Assembly (NCBI GenBank): GCA_002269645.1
Contig: NIVC01001436.1
Location: 1-62,692 of the forward strand
Reading direction: 5' to 3'
DNA from: Macrostomum lignano
Taxonomy: Eukaryota
DNA length: 62,692 nucleotides
The notes under the pieces are model-generated. The model worked only from the letters and a program-made list of their open reading frames with translations, was not told where the DNA came from and made no database searches. Shown piece by piece: positions 49,645 to 61,468 of this stretch. The translations under genes were made by a program, and so were the position numbers. The first letter of the stretch is position 1. Each line of letters starts with the position of its first letter.

Positions 49645-50130
49645 ATGCAGAGATGGGAGATGCAGAGATGGGAGATGCAGGGATGGGAGATGCAGGGATG
49701 GGAGATGCAGGGATGGGAGATGCAGGGATGGGAGATGCAGGGATGGGAGATGCAGGGATGGGAGATGCAGGGATGGGAGATGCAGGGATGGGAGATGCAG
49801 GGATGGAAGATGCAGGGATGGGAGATGCAGGGATGGGAGATGCAGGGATGGGAGATGCAGGGATGGGAGATGCAGGGATGGGAGATGCAGGGATGGGAGA
49901 TGCAGGGATGGGAGATGCAGGGATGGGAGATGCAGGGATGGGAGATGCAGGGATGGGAGATGCAGGGATGGGAGATGCAGGGATGGGAGATGCAGGGATG
50001 GGAGATGCAGGGATGGGAGATGCAGGGATGGGAGATGCAGGGATGGGAGATGCAGGGATGGGAGATGCAGGGATGGGAGATGCAGGGATGGGAGATGCAG
50101 GGATGGGAGATGCAGGGATGGGAGATGCAG
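49645..50130. repeat. 15-bp array (GATGCAGGGATGGGA) starting ~20 bp after the FGase-like stop codon
   Basis: Seen directly. Confidence 0.96.
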
Positions 50131-50149
50131 GGGTGCAGGTCGGTAGGGC

Positions 50150-52849
50150 TCAGGCGTAGCCGTTGGCCCTGGCAAACAGCCCGATGGTGGCAGCCAGGTG
50201 GCGGCTGAAGCGGTCCCGTTCGGCCTCGCTGGCGTACATCACCGCCTGGGTGATCTCAACCTGCATTGAGTCGAACTCGCCGCCAGTCAATGAGCCGTAC
50301 TGCCGAGTGATGAAGCCGCCAGAGTAGTAGCCTCCAGTCTCCGGGGCGGGCACGCTGGCGCTTGGCACAACCCGATAGCCAAAGCTGTTCAACAGGCTGC
50401 CGAAGCTCCGGTCGCCGATGATGAACTTGCGGGCGGACAACGAACTCGCGGAATCGCGGGAGGAGCGGCCGACCAGGCCGCGGATGCTGGTGCTGGCAGC
50501 TGGGTACTGGCCGCTGTTCAGCTGCGACTTTCTCAGCCTGCGGTGTTCGGGTGAGTCACCAGCTCACACTGGCACAGTCACCAACTATAGCCTTTTTCTC
50601 ATTCACCAGCTAGCTTAGCTCATTCACCAACTCTAGCTCAGTTCATTCACCAACTATAGCTTAGCTCATGCATTCACCAACTCTAGCTCAGTTCATTCAC
50701 CAACTCTAGCTTAGCTCATTCACCAACTCTAGCTCAGTTCATTCACCAACTCTAGCTCAGTTCATTCACCAACTCTAGCTCAGTTCATTCACCAACTCTA
50801 GCTCAGTTCATTCACCAACTCTAGCTCAGTTCATTCACCAACTCTAGCTCAGTTCATTCACCAACTCTAGCTCAGTTCATTCACCAACTCTAGCTCAGTT
50901 CATTCACCAACTCTAGCTCAGTTCATTCACCAACTCTAGCTCAGTTCATTCACCAACTCTAGCTCAGTTCATTCACCAACTCTAGCTCAGTTCATTCACC
51001 AACTCTAGCTCAGTTCATTCACCAACTCTAGCTCAGTTCATTCACCAACTCTAGCTCAGTTCATTCACCAACTCTAGCTCAGTTCATTCACCAACTCTAG
51101 CTCAGTTCATTCACCAACTCTAGCTCAGTTCATTCACCAACTCTAGCTCAGTTCATTCACCAACTCTAGCTCAGTTCATTCACCAACTCTAGATTAATTC
51201 ATTAACCAACTCTAGCTACTCTAGCTTAGCTCATTCACCAACTCTGGCTTAGTTCATTAACCAACTATACCTTAGCTTATTCACAAACTCATTCACCAAC
51301 TCTAGCTCATTCATTCACCAACTCTGGCTTAGTTCATTAACCAACTATACCTTAGCTTATTCACAAACTCATTCACCAACCCAGACGCACAGGTAGCCAA
51401 TCTCAGTCCAGTTCTGCGGATGATGCTGCCCGTGAATGTCGAGCAAGAGTCCGCGGCCCCGGCAGCTCCGCCGCACGGCATCAACGGCCTGCCTCACGAA
51501 GCCATGGTAACTGTCGTAGACTCGCTTGGCAGCCGGGTCGCACTGGATGCCTGCTCGTTTGGGATTGACGCGGGACAACAGCGCTTTTCAGCATCTTCAA
51601 TGCTCGAATCTTTCAACCCCCAGCTCCTTTGATCTCCAGATCCCCAGATCGCCAGATCACCAGATCGCCAGATCGCCAGATCCCCAGATCGCCAGATCCC
51701 CAGATCGCCAGATCCCCAGATCGCCAGATCCCCAGATCGCCAGATCCCCAGATCGCCAGATCGCCAGATCCCCAGATCGCCAGATCCCCAGATCGCCAGA
51801 TCGCCAGATCGCCAGATCCCCAGATCCCCAGATCGCCAGATCCCCAGATCGCCAGATCGCCAGATCGCCAGATCCCCAGATCCCCAGATCGCCAGATCCC
51901 CAGATCCCCCCCAGATCCCCAGATCCCCAGATCCCCAGATCCCCAGATCCCCAGATCCCCAGATCCCCAGATCCCCAGATCCCCTGATCCCCAGATCCCC
52001 AGATCCCCAGATCCCCAGATCCCCAAATCCCCAGATCCCCAGATCCCTAGTCCCCAGATCCCCAGATCCCCAGATCCCCAGATCCCCAGATCCCCAGATC
52101 CCCCAGATCCCCGGATCCGCAGATCGCCAGATCCTCAGATCCCCAGAGCCCCAGATCCGCAGAACCCCAGATTCCCAGATCCCAGATAATCAGATTCCTA
52201 GAGCCCCAGATCCCCAGATCCCCAGATCCCCAGATCCCCAGATCCCCAGATCCGCAGATCGCCAGAGCCCCAGATCGCCATATTCCCAGATCCCAAGATC
52301 CCCAGATCCCCAGATCCCCAGATCCTCTCCAGATCCCCGGATCCGCAGATCGCCAGATCCCCAGATCCCCAGATCGCCAGATCCCCAGATCGCCAAATCC
52401 CCAGATCCTAAGATCCCCAGACCCCGCGGTCTAATACAGCAATGAGCAGCACAAAGGTCAGCTGTCACCCTCGGACAGAGTCGGGCCGCCCCTATTCGGG
52501 TCCATCTTCATCCGGTCCATGTGATTGGCAATGAGGTGCGGCCGCAGCCCGTCCTCAGTCAGGTAGTCCCGCACGGCCGTGGCGATCTCCCGGGTATTGG
52601 GATCGCCGTACAGTAGTGCCCTGCAGCTGGAGCCCGGGCAGGTGGCATTCCACCTGCAGTCACCGTCGGCAGTCTCGCAGCCAACAGCTCGCCGATCTGA
52701 GATCCAATCGGGTCTCTGCCTGCCGCCGTGAGGAGCGCTGAGCACGATGCAGGCTGAGCCGGGGAATACTGCACCTGACCATCCGGATCCCACCTGTCTG
52801 AAGCCGTTGACAGGGCAACGATCAGCAGCAAAACTATCGGGCAAAACAT
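50150..52849 (-). CDS. Secreted N-formylglutamate amidohydrolase-like (FGase superfamily) hydrolase, ~309 aa, with one apparent 1-bp frameshift
   Basis: Exons 52849-52469, 51550-51391 and 50537-50150 (phases 1, 2). Signal-peptide-like MFCPIVLLLIVALSTA. Motifs IVLSAPHGG, GDPNT, RMKMDPNR, YDSYHGF, LLLDIHGQHH, EIGYL, SMQVEI. One extra base in the G4 run at 52761-52764 (plus strand) joins the signal-peptide frame to the catalytic frame (QVQYSP-GSACIVLSAPHGG). Confidence 0.75.
50575..51380. repeat. 23-bp array (TTCACCAACTCTAGCTCAGTTCA), FGase-like intron 2
   Basis: Seen directly. Confidence 0.95.
51629..52428. repeat. 8-bp array (CCCCAGAT/CGCCAGAT), FGase-like intron 1
   Basis: Seen directly. 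Confidence 0.95.
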
Positions 52850-53282
52850 TTTTAATTTCTCTTTAGTAACAACTCTGAGTATAGTTAGTCGCATTGAAGT
52901 CAAATTCGAAGGTTGGTCTGGATACTCTAGTTAGCCCAGGGTGTTTATACTGGCGGCAGTTAGCGCTCGCGGTAATCAATGTTCACAGCGCAATAGAGAT
53001 ATATAAGTGTATGTACAATTGTACATTGTCAGTATTTTTATCTGCTTTATAAAAAACTCGGGCTTATCAAAAAAACATTTTTGAATGCTTGAATTCTATG
53101 GAATAGGCATGGCTTCTGTCGCATGAGCAGTCAGTTTGTTTTGATTGCTATTTATAGGCAGGACGACATTCGCCAAGTTTCTAGAGAAAATGAACTGGGT
53201 CCTTACTGTGTTAGTTCCGACTGCATTCTGATCCCCAATTCTGCATACCAATGATTGATAGGGAGCCTATGCTACTTTACTG

Positions 53283-54095
53283 AGGATCTGGTGATCTGGG
53301 AATCTGGGGATCTGGTGATCTAAGGAACTGGGGATCTGAGGATCTGGGGATTTGGGGATCTGGTGATCTGGTGATCTGGGAATCTGGGGATCTGGTGATC
53401 TAAGGAACTGGGGATCTGAGGATCTGGGGATCTGGGGATCTGGTGATCTGGTGATCTGGGAATCTGGGGATCTGGTGATCTAAGGAACTGGGGATCTGAG
53501 GATCTGGGGATCTGGGGATCTGGTGATCTGGTGATCTGGGGATCTGGTGATCTAAGGAACTGGGGATCTGAGGATCTGAGGATCTGGCGATCTGGGGATC
53601 TGGTGATCTGGTGATCTGGGGATCTGGTGATCTGGGAATCTGGGGATCTGGTGATCTAAGGAACTGGGGATCTGAGGATCTGGGGATCTGGGGATCTGGC
53701 GATCTGGGAATCTGGGGATCTGGTGATCTAAGGAACTGGTGATCTGGGGATCTGATGATCTGGGGATCTAGTGATCTAAGGATCTGGTGATCTAGTGATC
53801 TAGTGATCTAGTGATCTAGTGATCTAGTGCTCTAGTGATCTGGGGATCTGATGATCTGGGAATCTGGAAATCTGGGGATCTGGTGATCTAAGGATCTGGG
53901 AATCTGGGGATCTGGTGATCTAAGGATCTGGGAATCTGGGGATCTGGTGATCTGTGGCTCTGAGGATCTGGGGCTCTGAAGATCTGGGGATCTGAGGATC
54001 CGGGGCTCTGAGGATCTGGGGATCTGAGGATCTGGGGCTCTGAGGATCTGGGGATCTGGGGCTCTGAGGATCTGGGGCTCTGGTGATCTCGAGAT
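53283..54095. repeat. 8-bp-based array (ATCTGGGG/ATCTGGTG), reverse complement of the 51.6-52.4 kb array
   Basis: Seen directly. Confidence 0.93.
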
Positions 54096-54914
54096 CTGAC
54101 TGCAGATACATATTGGTCATTAGCAGTTTTATAAGTAAATGCATGTGATGCATAAGCTTTGAATGCACTTTTGACCCCAAGTTCTATTATAAATAAGAGA
54201 AAGCTAAACCTACTCACTAAGTAGCAAATATCGCATTTTATTAATTTTATGCATAGACAATCCACGCAGAACAGGAGTTCAAAGAATTAAATACTACTAT
54301 TTAAAACAAACCTACGAGCGTATTATCCGCCATAGCACGATTTTTGTTTTTTTTCCTTTTTTCTAAGAAACAGGAACGCCGCAATGGCATGGCAATCCAA
54401 TCCAAAAGAGCATTTCTTCAGGATAATTAGTGGTCGGCCGAAGGTAAGGGGCACACATAAAGCTTTCTGTACACAGAAGCAATTATCGAGAATCAATACA
54501 ACAAAAATTCAGTTTTTAGTCGTCAAACTAACTGATAATATTAATAGAAAATGAGAGCAGATTATTTTCGGATCGGCGTTGTGGCCTAAAATTTGCGCGG
54601 ATGAAAATAAAAGAATGTTTTTTTAAAGAAAAATTGCCCAAATAACAGTCCATTGCTCTGGGTTCCACTTCCGCTTAGGGGGGCGGCGGAATGATGTCGG
54701 GTGAAATCTATATTATGTTGCCGGGCAGCTGAGCAGCGGGTTCTGCTCAGTATAATTCCATGCACTTTTCTCTTGAAATTTGTGGAGTATCGGGAACTGA
54801 AGCTCTGATGAAGCTCTTTACGCTCGTATTCACAATAAAGCTTTTCCAGGCACAGCTTCAATGCGTGTTTCTTTAACACTGGCTCAGTTGAGCTGGGGAT
54901 CAAGGATACGATGA

Positions 54915-55880
54915 TCTAAAGATGAGGGAATCTAATCATCTCTGGATCTGGGATGTTAGGATCTAATGATCTCTGGATCTGGGGATGTTAGGATCTAATG
55001 ATCTCTGGATCTGGGGATGTTAGGATCTAATGATCTCTGGATCTGGGGATGTTAGGATCTAATGATCTGGGGATCTGGGGATGTTAGGATCTAATGATCT
55101 GGGGAGCTAAGGATCTGGATATCTGGAGATCTGGGGATCTGGGGATCTAAGGATCTGGGGAGCCGGGGATCTAAGGATCTGGGGAGCCGGGGATCTAAGG
55201 ATCTGGGGAGCCGGGGATCTAAGGATCTGGGGAGCCGGGGATCTAAGGATCTGGGGAGCCGGGGATCTAAGGATCTGGGGAGCCGGGGATCTAAGGATCT
55301 GGGGAGCCGGGGATCTAAGGATCTGGGGAGCCGGGGATCTAAGGATCTGGGGAGCCGGGGATCTAAGGATCTGGGGAGCCGGGGATCTAAGGATCTGGGG
55401 AGCCGGGGATCTAAGGATCTGGGGATCTGGGGATCTAAGGATCTGGGGAGCCGGGGATCTAAGGATCTGGGGAGCCGGGGATCTAAGGATCTGGGGAGCC
55501 GGGGATCTAAGGAGCTGGAGATGAAAGGATCTGGGTACCTGGGTATTTAAGGATTTGGAGATTTAGTTATCTGGGGATGTGGGGATCTGGGAATCTGAGA
55601 CTTTGGGGATCTGGGGATCTGAGGATCTAGGGATTTGAGATCTGGGGATCTGAGGACCTGGCTATCTGGGGATCTGGGGATCTGGCTTTCTGGGGATCTG
55701 GGAATGTAAGGATCTGGGGATCTAAAGATCTGGGGATCTGGGGATCTAAGGATCTGGGGATCTAAGGATTTGTGGATCCGGTATTTGGGGATCTGGGGAT
55801 CTAAGGATTTGGCTATCTGTGATCTGGGGATCTGAGGATCTGGAAATCTAGGGATCTGGAAATCTAGGGATCTGGGAACA
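54915..55880. repeat. Second GGATCT-based array with higher-order 25-bp units (GGGGATCTAAGGATCTGGGGAGCC.)
   Basis: Seen directly. Confidence 0.93.
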
Positions 55881-57044
55881 TGAAGATAGCAGATCTAAGA
55901 GTCATCAAGAACTGGCAGGCTGGCACCAAGCGTGACTCTGTGGCTACTAACAGTAGGATTTCCCTCCTTCCCTGCCTCAGTCTCACTGCCCGGCCATTGG
56001 TCCAGCCAGTCCCCCCATTGCCGGCTCAGCAGTGAGGTTGTGGGATTTTCCCTTTTACCTTGTGGCCACCTCAGTTAGCGCATAAATATCTGGCCTCTCG
56101 CTTCCCCTCAGCCATCTTCAGTCCCAAGCAGAGTTTCCTTTCTAGCAGAGAATGCACGCCCGCCGCATCAGCGCTAAACCTTGCCGCCAGGCTTTGCCAC
56201 GAATAATAAAGGTTTTGCAGGAATTCTCCAGCTAACAGCACGGCCTCGAAACATTCTTGCTGGTAAGTGACCCCCTCTGGCACTGTCTGCAACAGTCTTC
56301 TTTTGCAATTCCCGATCCCACAGAAGAGTTTGTTTAACGAATTCTTTTGTTAGTGCTCGGGCGGAACAGTTTTTGGAATTACTGAAAGCGATTCTAATTA
56401 CTGATTTTGACCCCGCCGAAGAGGGAACAAAATTCTCTGCTTTTGCTGCTACTAGAATCAGCAGAAATCAGTTTCAGCCTCTCCCCTCTGCCTGTCTGCT
56501 AAAACTCCGAGGCTTCCACGAGTTCTGTTCGAACTTTTTTCACCAGTCAAACAATAGCGCGCGCGGGTTGAGATTGAATCCGAGTAGAATTCTCCCAGTG
56601 TTCTCCCTCTTCCCATTTTTTGAATTGGGCAGCCGCTCCCACTGGTTTGGGAATCGATTTTCCCGTTTCAGTTCCGACACATATTCCTGTCTGCCGCCCG
56701 GCTAACAGTTTGCCCGCGGAAGCGCTCGGAGTTGCAGAAAAAAAAAATTGACAGAGCTAACGGGGATGAAGCATCGGGAAGCGATGAAGTTCAACGGGCT
56801 GTGCGCCCTCCCCCCCGGCCCACCCGCTGTCCCCATGCGCTGTCCTCATGCGGTGAAAGCTGCGCTGTTCATCCACTTTCCAGCATGCGGAGAACAATTT
56901 AGGAACATTGGGACACCATTTTTCCGGGCAGCCTGGCTGACTCGATGGCTATTGGAACCCTGGAGTGCAAAATTTAGTGCACATTTGCTGCTAGCTAGGG
57001 TAGTTGATGTGCTGTTATCTGCATGTACTCCAATGCGGGGTTCC

Positions 57045-57470
57045 AATGCGGGTATTCCAATGCGGGTATTCCAATGCGGGTATTCCAATGCGGGTATTCC
57101 AATGCGGGTATTCCAATGCGGGTATTCCAATGCGGGTATTCCAATGCGGGTATTCTAATGCGGGTATTCCAATGCGGGTATTCCAATGCGGGTATTCCAA
57201 TGCGGGTATTCCAATGCGGGTATTCTAATGCGGGTATTCCAATGCGGGTATTCCAATGCGGGTATTCCAATGCGGGTATTCTAATGCGGGTATTCCAATG
57301 CGGGTATTCGGATGGGGTATTCCGACGGGGGTATTATAATGGGGTATTCCGATGTGGGTATTCCGATGGGTGTATTCCGATGTGTTATTCATTCCGACGG
57401 TGGTATTCCAATGAGGGTATTCCAATGCGGGTATTCCGCTGGGGGTATTCTGATGGGGGTCTTTCGATGG
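57045..57470. repeat. 14-bp array (AATGCGGGTATTCC), degenerating rightward
   Basis: Seen directly. Confidence 0.93.
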
Positions 57471-58034
57471 GAGCATTTTGACGGGAGTATTTCTAGTAGC
57501 TCCGGTGGGGATCTCTGAGATTTCAGAACTCTTTTCAATTCCGAGAACAAGGAACTTCAAAGGGAGTTGATAATTAAAGAAAATTCAGTGCAAAAAAGCC
57601 AGTGAGGCGGGAGCAAAACACCAAGGAATAATTTACGCGAGAATTTCCTAGAAATGAGGCTGGGCATTGCATAATTGACAGCGGCGCAGCCAGCCCGGCA
57701 GCAACTGAGCAGGAAACTAAAAAGCTGAAAAGTGGGCAAGCCAGCAAAGCTGGGGAAACAGGCCGAGCTTTTAACTCTCCGAGCTGTTTCTTGTGCTCAG
57801 GGGAGCTCTAGGGGACTCCAGAGGACTCAGCTTTCACCATCTCGAGCCTCTCCTACTTTAACCGAAATCTCGCTCGTGATAAATAGAAGTGGACATGGGA
57901 GGCGGCTGCCGATGAATCACCAGCCTGACCTGGCCCGCCACCCTGAGCAGCCGAAATTTAGCAAAACTCTCGGAAGCACCTCGAATCGAATCCGATTTCA
58001 GATAGCTTTTTTCTCCTCTGGCTTCCAGCTGTTC

Positions 58035-58960
58035 TCCAGCTATCCGCTCTCTCTCCCCACCTATCCGCTCTCTCTCCCCACCTATCCGCTTTCTCTCCCC
58101 AGCTATCCGCTCTCTCTCCCACCTATCCGCTCTCTCTCCCACCTATCCGCTCTCTCTCCCACCTATCCGCTCTCTCTCCCCAACTATCCGCTTTCTCTCT
58201 CCCCAGCTATCCGCTCTCTCTCCCCAGCTTTCCGCTCTCTCCCCAGCTATCTGCTCTCTCTCCCCAGCTATCCGCTCTCTCTCACCAGCTATCCGCTCTC
58301 TCTCCCCAGCTATCCGTTCTCTCTCACCAGCTATCCGCTCTCTCTCCCCAGCTATCTGCTCTCTCTCCCCAGCTATCCGCTCTCTCTCCCCAGCTATCCG
58401 CTCTCTCTCCCCAGCTATCCGCTCTCTCTCCCAGCTATCCGCTCTCTCTCCCCAGCTATCCGCTCTCTCTCCCCAGCTATCCGCTCTCTCTCCCCAGCTA
58501 TCCGCTCTCTCTCCCCAGCTATCCGCTCTCTCTCCCACCTATCCGCTCTCTCTCCCACCTATCCGCTCTCTCTCCCACCTATCCGCTCTCTCTCCCCAAC
58601 TATCCGCTTTCTCTCTCACCAGCTTTCCGCTCTCTCTCACCAGCTTTCCGCTCTCTCCCCAGCTATCTGCTCTCTCTCCCCAGCTATCCGCTCTCTCTCC
58701 CCAGCTATCCGCTCTCTCTCCCAGCTATCCGCTCTCTCTCCCACCTATCCGCTCTCTCTCCCACCTATCCGCTCTCTCTCCCACCTATCCGCTCTCTCTC
58801 CCCAACTATCCGCTTTCTCTCTCACCAGCTTTCCGCTCTCTCTCACCAGCTTTCCGCTCTCTCTCCCCAGCTATCCGCTCTCTCTCCCCAGCTATCCGCT
58901 CTCTCTCCCCAGCTATCCGCTCTCTCCCCAGCTATCCGCTCTCTCTCCCCAGCTATCCGC
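58035..58960. repeat. ~21-bp pyrimidine-rich array (CTATCCGCTCTCTCTCCCCAG)
   Basis: Seen directly. Confidence 0.94.
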
Positions 58961-59769
58961 TCTCTCCCTTAGCTTTTCTTCCTTAGCTTTCCTCTCTCTT
59001 CCCCTTGCTTCCCATTAATCTCTTTCTCCATGGCAGTCTCGACTCTCCTAAAAAATAGACCCTTCACGCGGTTCATAAGAAGTCTAGTTCTCATAATTCG
59101 AGCTGAACCGAAAATAATTTCCAAGCAGGTTATATTTCACTGAGCTTGAAGTTTTCAATCCTCTTTCTCGCTCAGATCTATCGAATTATGCATTACCAGA
59201 ACACTATGTATGCCAAGTTCTATATTCACATATAGCATTCATAATTAACCCGCCCGGGGGGGGGGAAGCTGAGGAACCCACAAATCGAAAGATTGATCTC
59301 TCCCAACACAGGACCAACCCAAATTGATCTCCTTACGCGGCTTCAAACAAGAGATGAAGAGTGCTTGCTCGCAGGTTGCCGCTAAATTGTACTGCAATAT
59401 CAGTGGGATGGCCATGCATGACCAGAGCAACAGTTCGAATCCCAACATGCGGCTAAAATGTCCCCTTGCTAATCCGGCGCTTTGACCCGAGGCCGCTTTT
59501 TCAAATATCCCACGCCCACTGCAACTGCCGTTGCTTTCTCGTCTGCCGCTTTTTCTTGGTCACGCAAAGTCGCGCTGGCTGGGCAAAGGTGGCCAAGCCA
59601 GGGGATTCTTTCTCTGCTTCTCCTTGTGCTCCCATCAGTTCCCACAGTTGTCCCTTCGTATGGCCAATTCCGCTATTTCTCGTTTTCTTACATTTTTTCT
59701 TTTAATATTTTTGCGCAGGTGCTTTTGCCAGAGGTTTATTCACAAGCTACTGTACATAAAATCAACATT

Positions 59770-60780
59770 TTGTTAGATAATAAACTCACAATAAGAATCC
59801 CACAGAACATAAAATCAGCACTTAGTTACATAATAAACTCACAATAAGAATCCCACAGAACATAAAATCAGCACTTAGTTACATAATAAACTCACAATAA
59901 GAATCCCACAGTACATAAAATCAGCACTTAGTTACATAATAAACTCACAATAAGAATCCCACAGAACATAAAATCAGCACTTAGTTACATAATAAACTCA
60001 CAATAAGAATCCACAGAACATAAAATCAGCACTTAGTTACATAATAAACTCACAATAAGAATCCCACAGTACATAAAATCAGCACTTAGTTACATAATAA
60101 ACTCACAATAAGAATCCCACAGTACATAAAATCAGCACTTAGTTACATAATAAACTCACAATAAGAATCCCACAGTACATAAAATCAACATTTAGTTACA
60201 TAATAAACTCGCAACAAGCATCCCACAGCACATAAAATCAGCACTTAGTTACATAATAAACTCACAATAAGAACCCCACAGTACATAAAATCAACATTTA
60301 TCTTTCCCCAAGCAAAATAAACTGACAATAAGAATCCCAAAGAACATAATCAGCATTTAGTTACATAATAAACTCACAACAAAAATCCCACAGTACATAA
60401 AATCAGCACTTAGTTACATAATAAACTCACAATAAGAACCCCACAGTACATAAAATCAACATTTAGTTACATAATAAACTCACAATAAGAACCCCACAGT
60501 ACATAAAATCAACATTTAGTAACATAATAAACTCACAACAAGAATCCCACAGTACATAAAATCAACATTTAGTAACATAATAAACTCACAATAAGAATCC
60601 CACAGTACATAAAATCAACATTTAGTTACATAATAAACTCACAATAAGAATCCCACAGTACATAAAATCAGCATTTAGTTACATAATAAACTCACATTAA
60701 GAATCCCACAGTACATAAAATCAACATTTAGTTACATAATAAACTCACAACAAGCATCCCACACTACATAAAATCATGTC
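59770..60780. repeat. 53-bp AT-rich array (ACATAATAAACTCACAATAAGAATCCCACAG.ACATAAAATCAGCACTTAGTT)
   Basis: Seen directly. Confidence 0.95.
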
Positions 60781-61389
60781 ATATTAGTTAACCCAATGTC
60801 CCAATTGTCCAGGCCATTCGCGGATGCCAACAACTAACAAGAACTCATCTGAAAAGACAGCGAAGTGAAAGTGTGTTTAAAAATAGATTGAGACTGGTCT
60901 TCTAGCAAAGCCAGCAAGTCGCGGAGGCTTAAAAACCAGAGACTAATCATTCACACCTTTCTTCCCCATCATCGCCAGGGTAAAAGTGGAAAGTCAGCGC
61001 ATGTCCATCATCGCTCACTGCCAGGATCGGTGTGACTCAACCGTAGCCTGGACTCGCCGTGCGGGCAGTGAGACAGGCCACCGCCGTCCAACACTCTCCC
61101 ATTGTCTCGCCTCACACCTCCCACACTTCTCTTAAAGCCTCACTCAACTGGGTACAGAAGAATGCAAAAAGTCACCCTGCTAAGATGGAGCAGTTTTTTT
61201 CCTTCCTTCATCCGCCTCTCAGACTCCTAAGTTTGCCTCCTAGTGTGCATAGAAGATGCTTGGGTTGCAGTTTTGAACACCGGCATCACCCCCTCCCCCT
61301 ACACGATTTGCAGACATCACTGCATTATTCAGCAACTGGACGAGCCCACCTGTCACTCAGTCCGCCAGTCTTCGAAGTCTTCGAAATCA

Positions 61390-61468
61390 ATGACAACCCG
61401 ACAGCGGCAGCTATTAGCTGGGCGAGCTCTACGCCGGCAACCGCTGATGCTGCTGCTGCTGCTGGCAG
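61390..61468 (+). CDS. Probable first coding exon (signal peptide) of a gene continuing beyond the recognisable region or window
   Basis: ATG...MTTRQRQLLAGRALRRQPLMLLLLLA is followed by a strong CAG|GTGAGT phase-1 donor, typical of signal-peptide exons. No downstream exon was identified. Confidence 0.4.

Noticed and set aside
54805-54870. CTGATGA as a hammerhead ribozyme core (also in the 36-37 kb array and ~62510)
   Set aside because: No stem II followed by GAAA and no closing stems could be built.
56071-56292. 73-aa ORF and neighbouring short ORFs at 56-57.9 kb and 61.7-62.6 kb
   Set aside because: No recognisable domain, no GC3 bias like the real exons, and no convincing splice pairs.
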